Under the pieces are notes generated by a model. It worked only from the letters and a program-made list of their open reading frames with translations. It did no database searches and had not been told where the DNA came from. From a virus (taxonomy: Duplodnaviria > Caudoviricetes), in IMG/VR virus record IMGVR_UViG_3300021426_000093, positions 2,572 to 66,571 of that record: 64,000 nt of DNA; one strand, 5' to 3'. Made by a program: the position numbers and the translations under genes. Every line of letters starts with the position of its first letter. Position 1 is the stretch's first letter. Positions 54,945 through 63,889 of this stretch are shown here, piece by piece.

Positions 54945-55283
54945 ATGGAAAAGAATAATTATGTAATTTGTGGTTATTGTGGAGTTGATGTTGTTCCAGA
55001 TTATGAATATGAAATTATTTATGATGTTACTCATAATGAAGCTGTAGATAAAGCTAAAAAGCTCTCTTTACGGCAAAGTATCGACAGATATGCAGATTTA
55101 ATTGTTCAAGAGACTGAGAAAGAATTGCCACTTGATCCTGCAGATGTTTATGAAGCAGTCATTGATGATTTTATTCGATTTGAAGTATGGAAGATTGATT
55201 CTGATATTTCAAAAGAAGCATGGGATGAATTTGATTTTGGCCCTGATACTTTTTGTAATCGTTATTGTAAACGAGTAGCATAA
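54945..55283 (+). CDS. hypothetical protein
   Basis: Promoter and SD AAGGAG precede MEKNNY. Confidence 0.7.
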   Translation: MEKNNYVICGYCGVDVVPDYEYEIIYDVTHNEAVDKAKKLSLRQSIDRYADLIVQETEKELPLDPADVYEAVIDDFIRFEVWKIDSDISKEAWDEFDFGPDTFCNRYCKRVA

Positions 55284-55293
55284 GGAGAATGTA

Positions 55294-55470
55294 ATGGATT
55301 ATGAAGATTACGTATGTGGTGATGATCACATTTATGATTTTGAATCTGATTTGTTCTCAAATATGGCCACCGCAGAACCCTGGGACGTAGAAGAAGACGA
55401 ATGGGATCCTTATGGTGATTGGGTTTATGAGGGCGAGTTCACTGATACTTATGATGATTACTACAATTAG
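55294..55470 (+). CDS. small acidic protein (58 aa)
   Basis: SD AAGGAG; Asp/Glu/Tyr-rich; below the track cut-off. Confidence 0.55.
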   Translation: MDYEDYVCGDDHIYDFESDLFSNMATAEPWDVEEDEWDPYGDWVYEGEFTDTYDDYYN

Positions 55471-55485
55471 TTTTAAGGAGCAATA

Positions 55486-56412
55486 ATGGTTAACTGTTTT
55501 AAGCCTTATCTCCACGTTGAGAGATTGGGAAAAACAGAAGTTGATAATATCCTTTGCGGCACTGTAAGACTTACAGCAAAACTTGATGGTACTAATGCAT
55601 CTGTATGGGCAGACGAAAATGGTCATATGCACTATGGTAGTCGTAAGCGTGAAATTTCTGTTGAAGATGATAATGCTGGCTTTGCTGCTTGGATGAAGTC
55701 TGACAATGAGGAAGCTGTTCTCCTTATTCGTTTTTGCCAAGCTAATCCTAGTATGATTGTTTATGGTGAATGGGGCGTGTCTAAAGTAGGTGCAATTAAG
55801 AAATACATCAAAGAAGCTGCGAATAAACTTTGGATTTTTGATATTTATTCCCGTGAAGAAGAACGTTATCTTACTTGGAATGAGCTTGAAGCCGCACTTA
55901 TTATGTATAATTTAATTGATTATCGTGTTAAGCTTTTGGCTACTCTTACTAATCCAACACTTGACGATATTATTAAGGTTGCGGATGAAAATACTTTTCT
56001 TCTTGAAGGAACTAACACGCTTGGAGAAGGCGTTGTAATTCGTAGAGATAACTATACTAATTGCTATGGACGTTATGCTGTGGCAAAATATGTACGAGAA
56101 GATTTTAGACCAAATACTCCAAAAGTAAAGAGAATTGCTCAAGCTGGTGAGGTTGAACAAGATTTTATTAATCGTTATCTAACTCAGTCTGAACTTGAAA
56201 AGGCTAAGGCTAAAACTGCCTTAGCTTGCGGCGAAGAGTATGTTCCTGGTAATGGCAAGTTTATTGGTATGTTTCTTAATTTACTTTGGAAGGATGCTCT
56301 TGAAGAGAATATTGTAGATTTTTGTAAGCGTGCCAAGAATCCTCAAATTGATTTTGCTGCACTTAATGGTCTAATTAAAGCAGAAGGCCGCAAATTCCTA
56401 GGATTGGTATAA
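55486..56412 (+). CDS. RNA ligase (Rnl2-like nucleotidyltransferase)
   Basis: Motif I KLDGTN, YGEW, FDI, EGVVIR, K.V.E.F. Confidence 0.85.
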   Translation: MVNCFKPYLHVERLGKTEVDNILCGTVRLTAKLDGTNASVWADENGHMHYGSRKREISVEDDNAGFAAWMKSDNEEAVLLIRFCQANPSMIVYGEWGVSKVGAIKKYIKEAANKLWIFDIYSREEERYLTWNELEAALIMYNLIDYRVKLLATLTNPTLDDIIKVADENTFLLEGTNTLGEGVVIRRDNYTNCYGRYAVAKYVREDFRPNTPKVKRIAQAGEVEQDFINRYLTQSELEKAKAKTALACGEEYVPGNGKFIGMFLNLLWKDALEENIVDFCKRAKNPQIDFAALNGLIKAEGRKFLGLV

Positions 56413-56413
56413 T

Positions 56414-56692
56414 ATGAAGAAAATTTTACTTTCTCTTTTGGGAATTATATTGTGTTTTAGTATATGTGGTTGTACTAGTTCAAAGTTAGAAGCACACACA
56501 TCCAACGGAGAATCTTTGGAGCATGAAAGATTTCGTATAGTAGAAGGAGATTATAGTTCTCAAGCAATTTTAGTTAATACTGAAACTGGCGTTGAGTATT
56601 TATGGATTAGTGAGTATTCTAGAGCAGGATTAACTGTCATTGTTGATCATGATGGTAAACCATTAATCGCTCCCAATTTTAAGGATTACTAA
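56414..56692 (+). CDS. small lipoprotein (DUF6440-like by recollection)
   Basis: Signal peptide with lipobox-like ICGC; ILVNTETGVEYLW...GLTVIVDHDGKP. Confidence 0.65.
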   Translation: MKKILLSLLGIILCFSICGCTSSKLEAHTSNGESLEHERFRIVEGDYSSQAILVNTETGVEYLWISEYSRAGLTVIVDHDGKPLIAPNFKDY

Positions 56693-56880
56693 TGGGAATA
56701 TATAAAGTAGTATATGATGATGATCTTTGTTATCATTATGTATCATGGTTTTTTGATTTAGAAACAGCCAAGAATTGGTGTGAACTAAATAAGCATAAGT
56801 GGATGCGATGGCATATATATGATAAGAAAGGACATGAAAAACATGGTGGATGTAATGGACCGTCCTACTTTGGAGCATAA
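56692..56880 (+). CDS. hypothetical protein
   Basis: Translationally coupled ORF. Confidence 0.55.
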   Translation: MGIYKVVYDDDLCYHYVSWFFDLETAKNWCELNKHKWMRWHIYDKKGHEKHGGCNGPSYFGA

Positions 56881-57151
56881 AAATATTCCTGTGTATGCAG
56901 AAAATCTTTATAAATGGACACCAGAACCTACTGTATTAAAACAAGATATTTGTTGGGATATTCCAATTTTAGAAGAATTAGATTGTCCTTACTGTAAAGG
57001 TGAAACTGGTGATTGTATCATAGATGATTCATCTATCATCGCTTATGTATCAGGGAATCATTTGTGGGTTGAATTATTTGAACCGCATAATCTAGATATT
57101 GCTTTTTCAAATATAAATTATTGCCCTATGTGTGGCAAACAGTTAAAATAA
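56819..57151 (+). CDS. zinc-ribbon protein (start uncertain)
   Basis: CPYC and CPMC pairs. Confidence 0.6.
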   Translation: MIRKDMKNMVDVMDRPTLEHKNIPVYAENLYKWTPEPTVLKQDICWDIPILEELDCPYCKGETGDCIIDDSSIIAYVSGNHLWVELFEPHNLDIAFSNINYCPMCGKQLK

Positions 57152-57233
57152 TTATTGCTCTTATAATAAGGTAGCTCTTGTCAGCTACCTTATTTTTATG
57201 TTATAATATTTTTATAAGGAAAGGGGAGATAGT

Positions 57234-57404
57234 ATGTCCAAGAAGAAAAATCATAGGTCTATTACTATTGACCCTAAAATTATTTGGAATGCACACAAGC
57301 CGCGCTATAATGCTTATCAAATTGGGTATGGCGCTCATAGCAAAAATAAGTATAGTCGTAAAAAAAAATATAAAACTGATTGGAGAAATTATGACCGAGA
57401 TTAA
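57234..57404 (+). CDS. small basic protein (56 aa)
   Basis: Promoter and SD GGGGAG; MSKKKNHRS...GYGAHSKNKYSRKKKYKTDW. Confidence 0.7.
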   Translation: MSKKKNHRSITIDPKIIWNAHKPRYNAYQIGYGAHSKNKYSRKKKYKTDWRNYDRD

Positions 57405-57747
57405 TCTTCTTGAAGAGACTGAGCGCGCTTTGGCTTGTCATAATAAGACTTGGGATGACATTTCTTGGATTGGCGGACGCGATTTTTATATCAGTATTGA
57501 GCAATTTAAGGAAGCCGCAAAAGACACTAATTATGACTGTGGTTATGGTAGTGAAGAAGTTGCAGTAGATTTAGTTGTTTGTTTTAATGATGGATCATGG
57601 TTATCTCGTGCTGAGTATGATGGTTCAGAATGGTGGAGATATAATTCTTATCCACAGAAACCACAGTATTATCGTCTAGGGAAAATTAAATTAGCTGACC
57701 CTGGTGGTTATGATGCTTGGAGTGGTTTAAAGAAACTTAATAAATAA
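57391..57747 (+). CDS. conserved phage hypothetical protein
   Basis: MTEINLLEET...YDCGYGSEEV...WLSRAEYDGSEWW. Confidence 0.75.
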   Translation: MTEINLLEETERALACHNKTWDDISWIGGRDFYISIEQFKEAAKDTNYDCGYGSEEVAVDLVVCFNDGSWLSRAEYDGSEWWRYNSYPQKPQYYRLGKIKLADPGGYDAWSGLKKLNK

Positions 57748-57756
57748 GGAGTAATT

Positions 57757-59040
57757 ATGTCTTGGAATCCTGTACTTAATATGTTTATTGAAGTGAAAAA
57801 TGAATTTATTAAGGAGTGCGGTAAGGATGCTTTGTGGCAGTATGGCCGCAAGGATTCTTTTACGAATTGTCTTTCCTATTGGGTATGGACTCTTGGAAAT
57901 CATGGTCATCCTAAGCGCCATATTTATAGTAAAATGATTGAACCTTTACTTCTTAATGAAAGTATGGGTATGTTGCTTATTAAGTATAATGATCTTGGTA
58001 TTGATTGGGATGCTTATGATGGTTTTTATCGTGAATGTAGATCCGTTGTGATCGATGTACTTAATGATTGTTTGGTTCTTGCTCCTTTCCGTAAATTTTT
58101 TAATATTAATGAACTTGAGGAGACTCAGCTTCATGTTATTCAAGAGAAGATAGATAATGGTAATTCTGTAGAAATTACCGATAAGATTGATGGAAGTATG
58201 TGCGATGCTCGTTGGTATCGCAAGGATCTTGTTATGTCTGGTTCTCAGGCTCTTGATATTAATAAATCTTATCGTCTAGAAAATTATTATCATTGGATGC
58301 ATCAGCATGAAAATGCAGTACAGATGCTCAAAGATTATGATAATTTTACTTTCATTTTTGAAGGAGTATTCCCTGATGATGTTCATATAGTACAATATAA
58401 TGAACAAATGTTCGGTCTACATCTCCTTGGAATGCGGCGAGTAGAAGATGGTGCGGAACTGCCTTATAAGGATGTTGTAGAAATTGCAGAAAAATATGGT
58501 GTGCCGCATGTTAAAATTTTTGATATGACTTTTGAAGAAGCTTATCAGGACGCTCTTAATGATGGCCGCAAGGCTAATGAGGGTGAGGGATATGTTATTG
58601 ATATAGGTGGTCAGAAGTATAAGCTAAAGTATAATGATTATGTTATGCTTCATCATGCTCTTTGTAAGATGGTTTCTCCCAATGCTATAATTGCGGCTAT
58701 TCGTGAAGGCCATTGGGATGATTTCTATTCAAAGATTCCTGTCGCATACCAGCCGCAAGCTAAGGCTATCGCAGATGATGTATTTACTTATCTTCATCTT
58801 TTGGACGAACGAGTGTGCTATTGGTGGGATAAAGTTAGTGAATATTGTGATTATAATCCTAATCCTGACCGTAAATTTTTTATGATTGGCGTGAATGAAA
58901 TTGTACCTAAGCGCTATCAGGGAGCAGTTCGTTCTAAATATCTAATGGAGAATATAGATTATCTTCGTGGTGTTAAGTATGGAGATATTCAAGACTATAT
59001 TGAGTTGATGCAGGCTTTAACTTTAAATGTTAAAGCTTGA
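57757..59040 (+). CDS. RNA ligase (T4 Rnl1-like); ends in TGA
   Basis: RECRSVV, PFRKFFNINE, KIDGS, FIFE, EGYV, KLK. Confidence 0.88.
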   Translation: MSWNPVLNMFIEVKNEFIKECGKDALWQYGRKDSFTNCLSYWVWTLGNHGHPKRHIYSKMIEPLLLNESMGMLLIKYNDLGIDWDAYDGFYRECRSVVIDVLNDCLVLAPFRKFFNINELEETQLHVIQEKIDNGNSVEITDKIDGSMCDARWYRKDLVMSGSQALDINKSYRLENYYHWMHQHENAVQMLKDYDNFTFIFEGVFPDDVHIVQYNEQMFGLHLLGMRRVEDGAELPYKDVVEIAEKYGVPHVKIFDMTFEEAYQDALNDGRKANEGEGYVIDIGGQKYKLKYNDYVMLHHALCKMVSPNAIIAAIREGHWDDFYSKIPVAYQPQAKAIADDVFTYLHLLDERVCYWWDKVSEYCDYNPNPDRKFFMIGVNEIVPKRYQGAVRSKYLMENIDYLRGVKYGDIQDYIELMQALTLNVKA

Positions 59041-59109
59041 GAATGAAATTCTTTATTGACACCTGCTTGTTAAATATGTTATAATATTTTTATAAGAAAG
59101 GAGAGATAT

Positions 59110-59604
59110 ATGACTCAGTGTGATGAAACTATTCGTCGTCAGTTGCGTAAACCTACTGTATATATAATGTGCGGCGTGCCTGGTTCAGGAAAAACATATT
59201 TTTGTAAGAACGTGCTGATGGATCACCCTTGGCGTAGTCGGGTCTATATCTCTTCTGACGATATTCGTGAAGAGCTTTGTGGTGATGCCAGTAATCAATC
59301 TCTTAATGGTGTCGTTTTTGATATTTTTTATGCCCGTGCTCGTGAAGCTATTGAAAATGGAAATGATGTAATTCTTGACGCAACGCATTTGACTAAGAAG
59401 TCTCGCCGCAAATGTCGTAATCATTTTAAGGATTTGGATTGTAAGTTTATTGCAGTTCAGATGAATACGCCAGTATTAGATGCTATTTATCGTAATAAGA
59501 AACGTGATAGAGTTGTACCTGCTGATGCAATGAGCCGCATGATTAAGGTATATCAGCCTGTTGAGGATAGTGAAGGTTTTGATTATGTCTGGAGAGTAGA
59601 TTAA
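59110..59604 (+). CDS. polynucleotide kinase-like P-loop kinase (AAA_33)
   Basis: CGVPGSGKT, SSDDIREE, VILDATH, RNKKRDRVVP. Confidence 0.85.
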   Translation: MTQCDETIRRQLRKPTVYIMCGVPGSGKTYFCKNVLMDHPWRSRVYISSDDIREELCGDASNQSLNGVVFDIFYARAREAIENGNDVILDATHLTKKSRRKCRNHFKDLDCKFIAVQMNTPVLDAIYRNKKRDRVVPADAMSRMIKVYQPVEDSEGFDYVWRVD

Positions 59605-60182
59605 TGATTTATTTAAGTTCAGATTTACATTTTGGACATGATAGAGGCTTCATTTATGAGCCGCGAGGGTTTTCTAGTGTCCAAGAGAATGATGAAATAA
59701 TTATTGAGAGATTTAATAGTATCGTGCGGTCTAATGATGATCTTTATCTCTTGGGCGATCAAATGCTTAGTGATAATGAACATGGTTTAGATTGTTTGCG
59801 GCAACTTAATGGTAATCTTCATATTTTATGGGGAAACCATGATACAAATGTGCGCAAAAAACTTTATAAAACTCTTCCTAATGTTGTAGAGATTCTTGGA
59901 TATGCAGGAATGCTTAAATATGGTAAATGGCATTTCCTTTTGTCGCATTATTCAACTTTAACCGCGAATTATGATGATTATGATAAACCTTTAAAAGAAC
60001 GGATATGGAATCTTCATGGCCATACACACTCCAATAATCGTTTTGAATTTATGGATAAAGGATGGCAATCTTATAATGTAGCTGTTGATGCTCATTATTG
60101 CTATCCTGTCAAAATTGATAATGTTATAGAAGATATTAAATGGTATTATATTCAACGTAAATATGAAGAGTATGAGTTTTAA
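59604..60182 (+). CDS. metallophosphoesterase
   Basis: SDLHFGH, LGD, GNHD, SHY, HGHTH; coupled to the kinase gene. Confidence 0.88.
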   Translation: MIYLSSDLHFGHDRGFIYEPRGFSSVQENDEIIIERFNSIVRSNDDLYLLGDQMLSDNEHGLDCLRQLNGNLHILWGNHDTNVRKKLYKTLPNVVEILGYAGMLKYGKWHFLLSHYSTLTANYDDYDKPLKERIWNLHGHTHSNNRFEFMDKGWQSYNVAVDAHYCYPVKIDNVIEDIKWYYIQRKYEEYEF

Positions 60183-60190
60183 AATTTTTA

Positions 60191-60353
60191 TTGACGACAG
60201 TTTAAAAAATATGATATAATATATTTATCAAAAGGGGATAAAAAAGGTTTTTTGATTTTTATATAAAATGTAAGTTTTATTTATCCCCTTTAAAAAAAAT
60301 CTTGTAGCTGTTAAAAATTTTTATTGACAGCTGAAAAGAAAATATGATATAAT
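60191..60353 (+). promoter_or_regulatory. tandem promoters driving the ncRNA/tRNA region
   Basis: TTGACG...TATGATATAAT and TTGACA...TATGATATAAT. Confidence 0.7.
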
Positions 60354-60435
60354 AAATATATAAGGTTGAGAGAGTTAATAAGGTGTTTCTAAAAAAAGAA
60401 ATACAATATTAGGTTTCTTAACCTAAGAACCTTGA

Positions 60436-61025
60436 AAACAGAATAGTTGAAGATTTAGGTGCAACTCAGTGCAGAGCGGTGTCAACGTGCTGAGAATTCT
60501 TCTCAATGAGTTGATGCGGCAAGGGATACTTTGCGGCTAGGCTTTAAAATGAATCGTGAGATTTATTTTAGAAGGTAGAAACTACCAACGAAATGAAGAA
60601 TGTGCTAAGTCTGTTTGCTTAGAAAACGTACTTGTAGATTGTCGTCTCCGTAATAGACGCCCCAGTGGGGAAGAATCCAGAACACTTATTAACAGGTGGT
60701 GCTGAATAAGAGAAAGCTGGAAATACCAATAAGGAGATTGAGCTGTTGACTCTCTGGTGACAGGGGGAATAAGACAAGGGCGAGGTTCGAGTAGCGCAAA
60801 GCAGCTCCTTTTATCATTATAATGAAATTAGGAGAATATAATATGCTGAATGATGCGTGAAAGTTGCGGGTAAGCAATCCTGCTACGGAAATGGCCTTTA
60901 CGGCTGGGGCAAGAAGCATTAGGGTCGCTCCCTTTTGTTCAGCCTTGTCTCCCGTGTGACAGAAGATTCAGCAAATAGAGGTGGTACGGCGAAGGTCGGC
61001 ATGTATATCTTCAACTATTCTGTTT
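60436..61025 (+). ncRNA. ROOL-like giant ornate RNA (~590 nt)
   Basis: Perfect 19-bp terminal helix AAACAGAATAGTTGAAGAT/ATCTTCAACTATTCTGTTT. The size matches ROOL (~580 nt). Segments GAGTAGCGCAAAG, GTGAAAGTTGCGGGTAAGCAATCC and GGGTCGCTCCCT resemble ROOL as I recall it. Next to phage tRNAs. Confidence 0.65.
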
Positions 61026-61029
61026 GAAG

Positions 61030-61870
61030 GAATTGACGTAATAGTCCGTTCGCGTCATTAAATAAAACGGCATCTCTGGTTAGGTAGGGTTTATAAAAGA
61101 GGGTAGCCTAACATGCTCTCTAATATATTTAGTGTATACACAGTAAGGCTTTTTATTGCTGATTGGTCCGTTACGTACTGCTATAAAGTAAAACCGTAGA
61201 AAAGAATTCAGTAACCCGGAAGATTGGTCTTGCCTGTGCTGGGTCAAAGCTAAAAAGACTAGTTACGTAGCCGGTATGCGGACACCGCTCGGTAGAGGAA
61301 GTCCGCAAGTATTAAAAGGGCTGAAATAACTAATAAATAGTTTATGCCTTAGAGAACATTTATAAAAATGTTTTCTAAGGCGTATCTGATGCCAGTGTAG
61401 TGAGAATCGACTGCACTATAAAATAAAATTCAAGGATTTAAATTCCTGATGTGCCAAGATCAGCTGCAGGGAGTCTAGTGTAAACCGATTAGACTATAAA
61501 ATAAAAATCGTGGTTTTTTGGTTTTGAAATCACCTAAACCAAAAAGATTTCCGTTTTATGTGTTTGAACGAAATCAAGTACATTCCATGCAGGATAGGGT
61601 AATGATCTTGCCGCAAGTCTATGCGTAAAATAAAGATCGCTTGTAGATTAAGAGCGTTAGAATCTTCTGTAGTTTATACTTTCTCTACGATGAGGGTAAT
61701 TCCTATGAAAGTATCTTCTCTTGGAGGATATATCCACTTACCTAAAGTCATATCAGCCATAACGGGTATATCTTCCAAAAGGAGTAATCCTACTGTCTTT
61801 GCGAGCATGTCGATTAGACGTAAAATAATTTCACATGCGGTGGTCGTGTTACACCTTACCCAACACTTTT
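61030..61870 (+). ncRNA. large structured RNA (~840 nt), possibly GOLLD-like
   Basis: No credible ORF, GC-elevated, many hairpins (e.g. 61346-61381); ends at the first tRNA. Size and position fit GOLLD, but sequence resemblance is weak. Confidence 0.45.
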
Positions 61871-61875
61871 ATTTT

Positions 61876-61951
61876 GCTGGTGTGGCGCAATAGGTAGCGC
61901 ACTTCACTTGTAATGAAGATGTTGCGGGTTCGATTCCTGTCACCAGCTCCA
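61876..61951 (+). tRNA. tRNA-Thr(TGT)
   Basis: Cloverleaf, anticodon arm CTTCA-CTTGTAA-TGAAG, encoded CCA. Confidence 0.92.
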
Positions 61952-61953
61952 GT

Positions 61954-62028
61954 CGGGCGTTAGTGAAGCGGTTATCACAATGGTCTGTCTAACCATTATC
62001 ACGGGTTCGATTCCCGTACGCCTGGCCA
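61954..62028 (+). tRNA. tRNA-Asp(GTC)
   Basis: ATGGT-CTGTCTA-ACCAT, G73, CCA. Confidence 0.9.
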
Positions 62029-62033
62029 CAAAA

Positions 62034-62123
62034 TGCGGGGTAGTTATATGGATTAAAACATTAACTGAAACTGGTGCATAAAGACAGTTAAAGAATCGGG
62101 TTTGAGTCCCGACCCTGTAACCA
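62034..62123 (+). tRNA. atypical tRNA with expanded anticodon loop (possibly Phe-GAA plus insertion)
   Basis: Acceptor TGCGGGG/CCCTGTA+ACCA, D arm and T arm TCGGG-TTTGAGT-CCCGA intact. The anticodon arm has a 7-bp stem and a 17-nt loop. Confidence 0.6.
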
Positions 62124-62126
62124 TAT

Positions 62127-62203
62127 GCGATCATGGTGTTTAACGGCTAGCATGTCAGCCTTCCAAGCTGCGGGTGAGGGTTCGAATCCCTCTGGTCGCT
62201 CCA
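62127..62203 (+). tRNA. tRNA-Gly(TCC)
   Basis: CAGC-CTTCCAA-GCTG, GGTTCGAATCC, CCA. Confidence 0.9.
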
Positions 62204-62209
62204 TAATAT

Positions 62210-62287
62210 CGGATAGTGGGCCAGTTTGGTTAAGCCACATGATTTGGGATCATGTTATCGGGAGTTCAAATCTCTCCTATCCGACCA
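62210..62287 (+). tRNA. tRNA-Pro(TGG)
   Basis: CATGA-TTTGGGA-TCATG, CCA. Confidence 0.9.
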
Positions 62288-62385
62288 TGTTTATAATAGT
62301 ATATGCTATTTAATTAAAATTTAAAATAGCCTTTAATAGCCTAAGAGAAGGCGCTTGAATTTTTTCAAGAGAATGAAGGCTGTTT

Positions 62386-62460
62386 GCGGGAGAAGCTCAA
62401 CGGTAGAGCACTCGACTCATAATCGATTGGAAGCAGGTTCGATTCCTGTCTCCCGCACCA
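62386..62460 (+). tRNA. tRNA with CAT anticodon (Met or Ile2)
   Basis: TCGA-CTCATAA-TCGA, CCA. Confidence 0.88.
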
Positions 62461-62484
62461 GTAAAATTGAAGAAACATTAATTT

Positions 62485-62560
62485 GGCGCATTAGATTAAC
62501 GGATAGATCACTACGCTTTCACCGTAGAGATGAGGAGTTCAACTCTCCCATGCGCTACCA
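62485..62560 (+). tRNA. tRNA-Glu(TTC)
   Basis: CTACG-CTTTCAC-CGTAG, CCA. Confidence 0.9.
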
Positions 62561-62563
62561 AAT

Positions 62564-62648
62564 GCGGGTGTGGCGAAATTGGCAAACGCGACGGACTCAA
62601 AATCCGTTGCCGCAAGGCTTGTGGGTTCGAGTCCCACCACCCGTACCA
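62564..62648 (+). tRNA. tRNA-Leu(CAA)
   Basis: ACGGA-CTCAAAA-TCCGT, long variable arm, CCA. Confidence 0.92.
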
Positions 62649-62757
62649 TTAAAAATTTTTTTATAAAGTAAATAAAAATTTAAATTATTTTTAATTAATT
62701 TTTATTTGCTTTATATACAGCATCGTCTTGTTCGTGTCTTAGGAGGAATTAAACCGA

Positions 62758-63717
62758 GTGAGTAAAAACAAGACTCTTATAGGATATATTGTTGCATTAT
62801 CTTTAGTCTGTGGTCTTATGATGATTCCAGGCGTAGCTTATAGTGATAGTTTAACAGCAGCGTCTTCTATATCTCAAAGTGAAAAAATACATCAGATTAA
62901 AATAGAAAAACAATTAAAAATTATAAAAGAGAAGAATAAAATTTCAAAGGATACTTGAAAGTATTTAAAAGTTTGGAAAACTTATCTTTCTAAAAAACAA
63001 AAGCAACAATTAAAAAATAATAAAAATAAAGCAATGAATAGTTTTAGTTTAACTAAAATTAAAAATTATCAAAAAAAGAATTTAACTATTATAGAAAAAG
63101 CCAAAAAGGTAAAAAAGAATAGGGACAATGTTAAAAAGTATATAAAAAAAATATTGTCTAAAGGTTTCTTAAATGATAAAGAAAAAAACACTTTACAAAA
63201 ATATTTAAAGAAAATAAAAAAGAGTTATAGTGTTAAAAAAATTAAAAAATATAAACAAAAAGCGAAAAAAATACTTATAGAAGCAAAAGAAAGAGCTATA
63301 GAAGAAGAAAGATATATCCCAGGAATGGATACTTCTTGGTGGAGTGATGCCGCCATTAAATATGTAAAAGAATGGGGTAGAAAAAACAATGCCTTTTTAA
63401 GTGGTACTCCAATGGAAGGACTTGGTTATTGGATTGCTGCTGGTGCTTGGGATTATAATGTAGATCCCGCAGTATTATCTTCTATTGCTTATATTGAATC
63501 TGGATGCGGAGTAATTCCATATGGTTCACCCTATAACGCTTATGGTTGAATCTGGAATCCACCTTATATGAGTAGTTGGGAAGATGGAATTTATAAATGG
63601 TATGGATTCTTTGGTCAATATTTTGGTGGAGATATTCCTGTTTCTTCAATGCATGGTTATGGTGGATATGGAGTAGAAACTCTTTATCCATATCTTGAAC
63701 AAATTAGAAATGCCTAA
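62758..63717 (+). CDS. secreted lysozyme-like/glucosaminidase cell-wall hydrolase, 319 aa in code 4
   Basis: SD AGGAGG, GTG start, signal peptide, Lys-rich linker, then FLSGTPMEGLG...AAGAWDYNVDP...IAYIESGCG...NAYG[TGA]; two in-frame TGA. Confidence 0.72.
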
Positions 63718-63889
63718 TAATAAAATAAAAATATATACACTGTAAATGAAAGTTTGAATACTTTATTAAAAGTATTTTAAGATCAGATGATGCTGTTATA
63801 CTCTTAATTTTTATTATTAGGAATAATTTTATGATAAAATTTTAGTATATTATGAAAACTAGAAACTTCTATATAATTCATAATGATAT

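Noticed and set aside
61621-62666. Track ORFs over the ncRNA/tRNA region
   Set aside because: They overlap clear tRNA cloverleaves or structured RNA and have no protein features.
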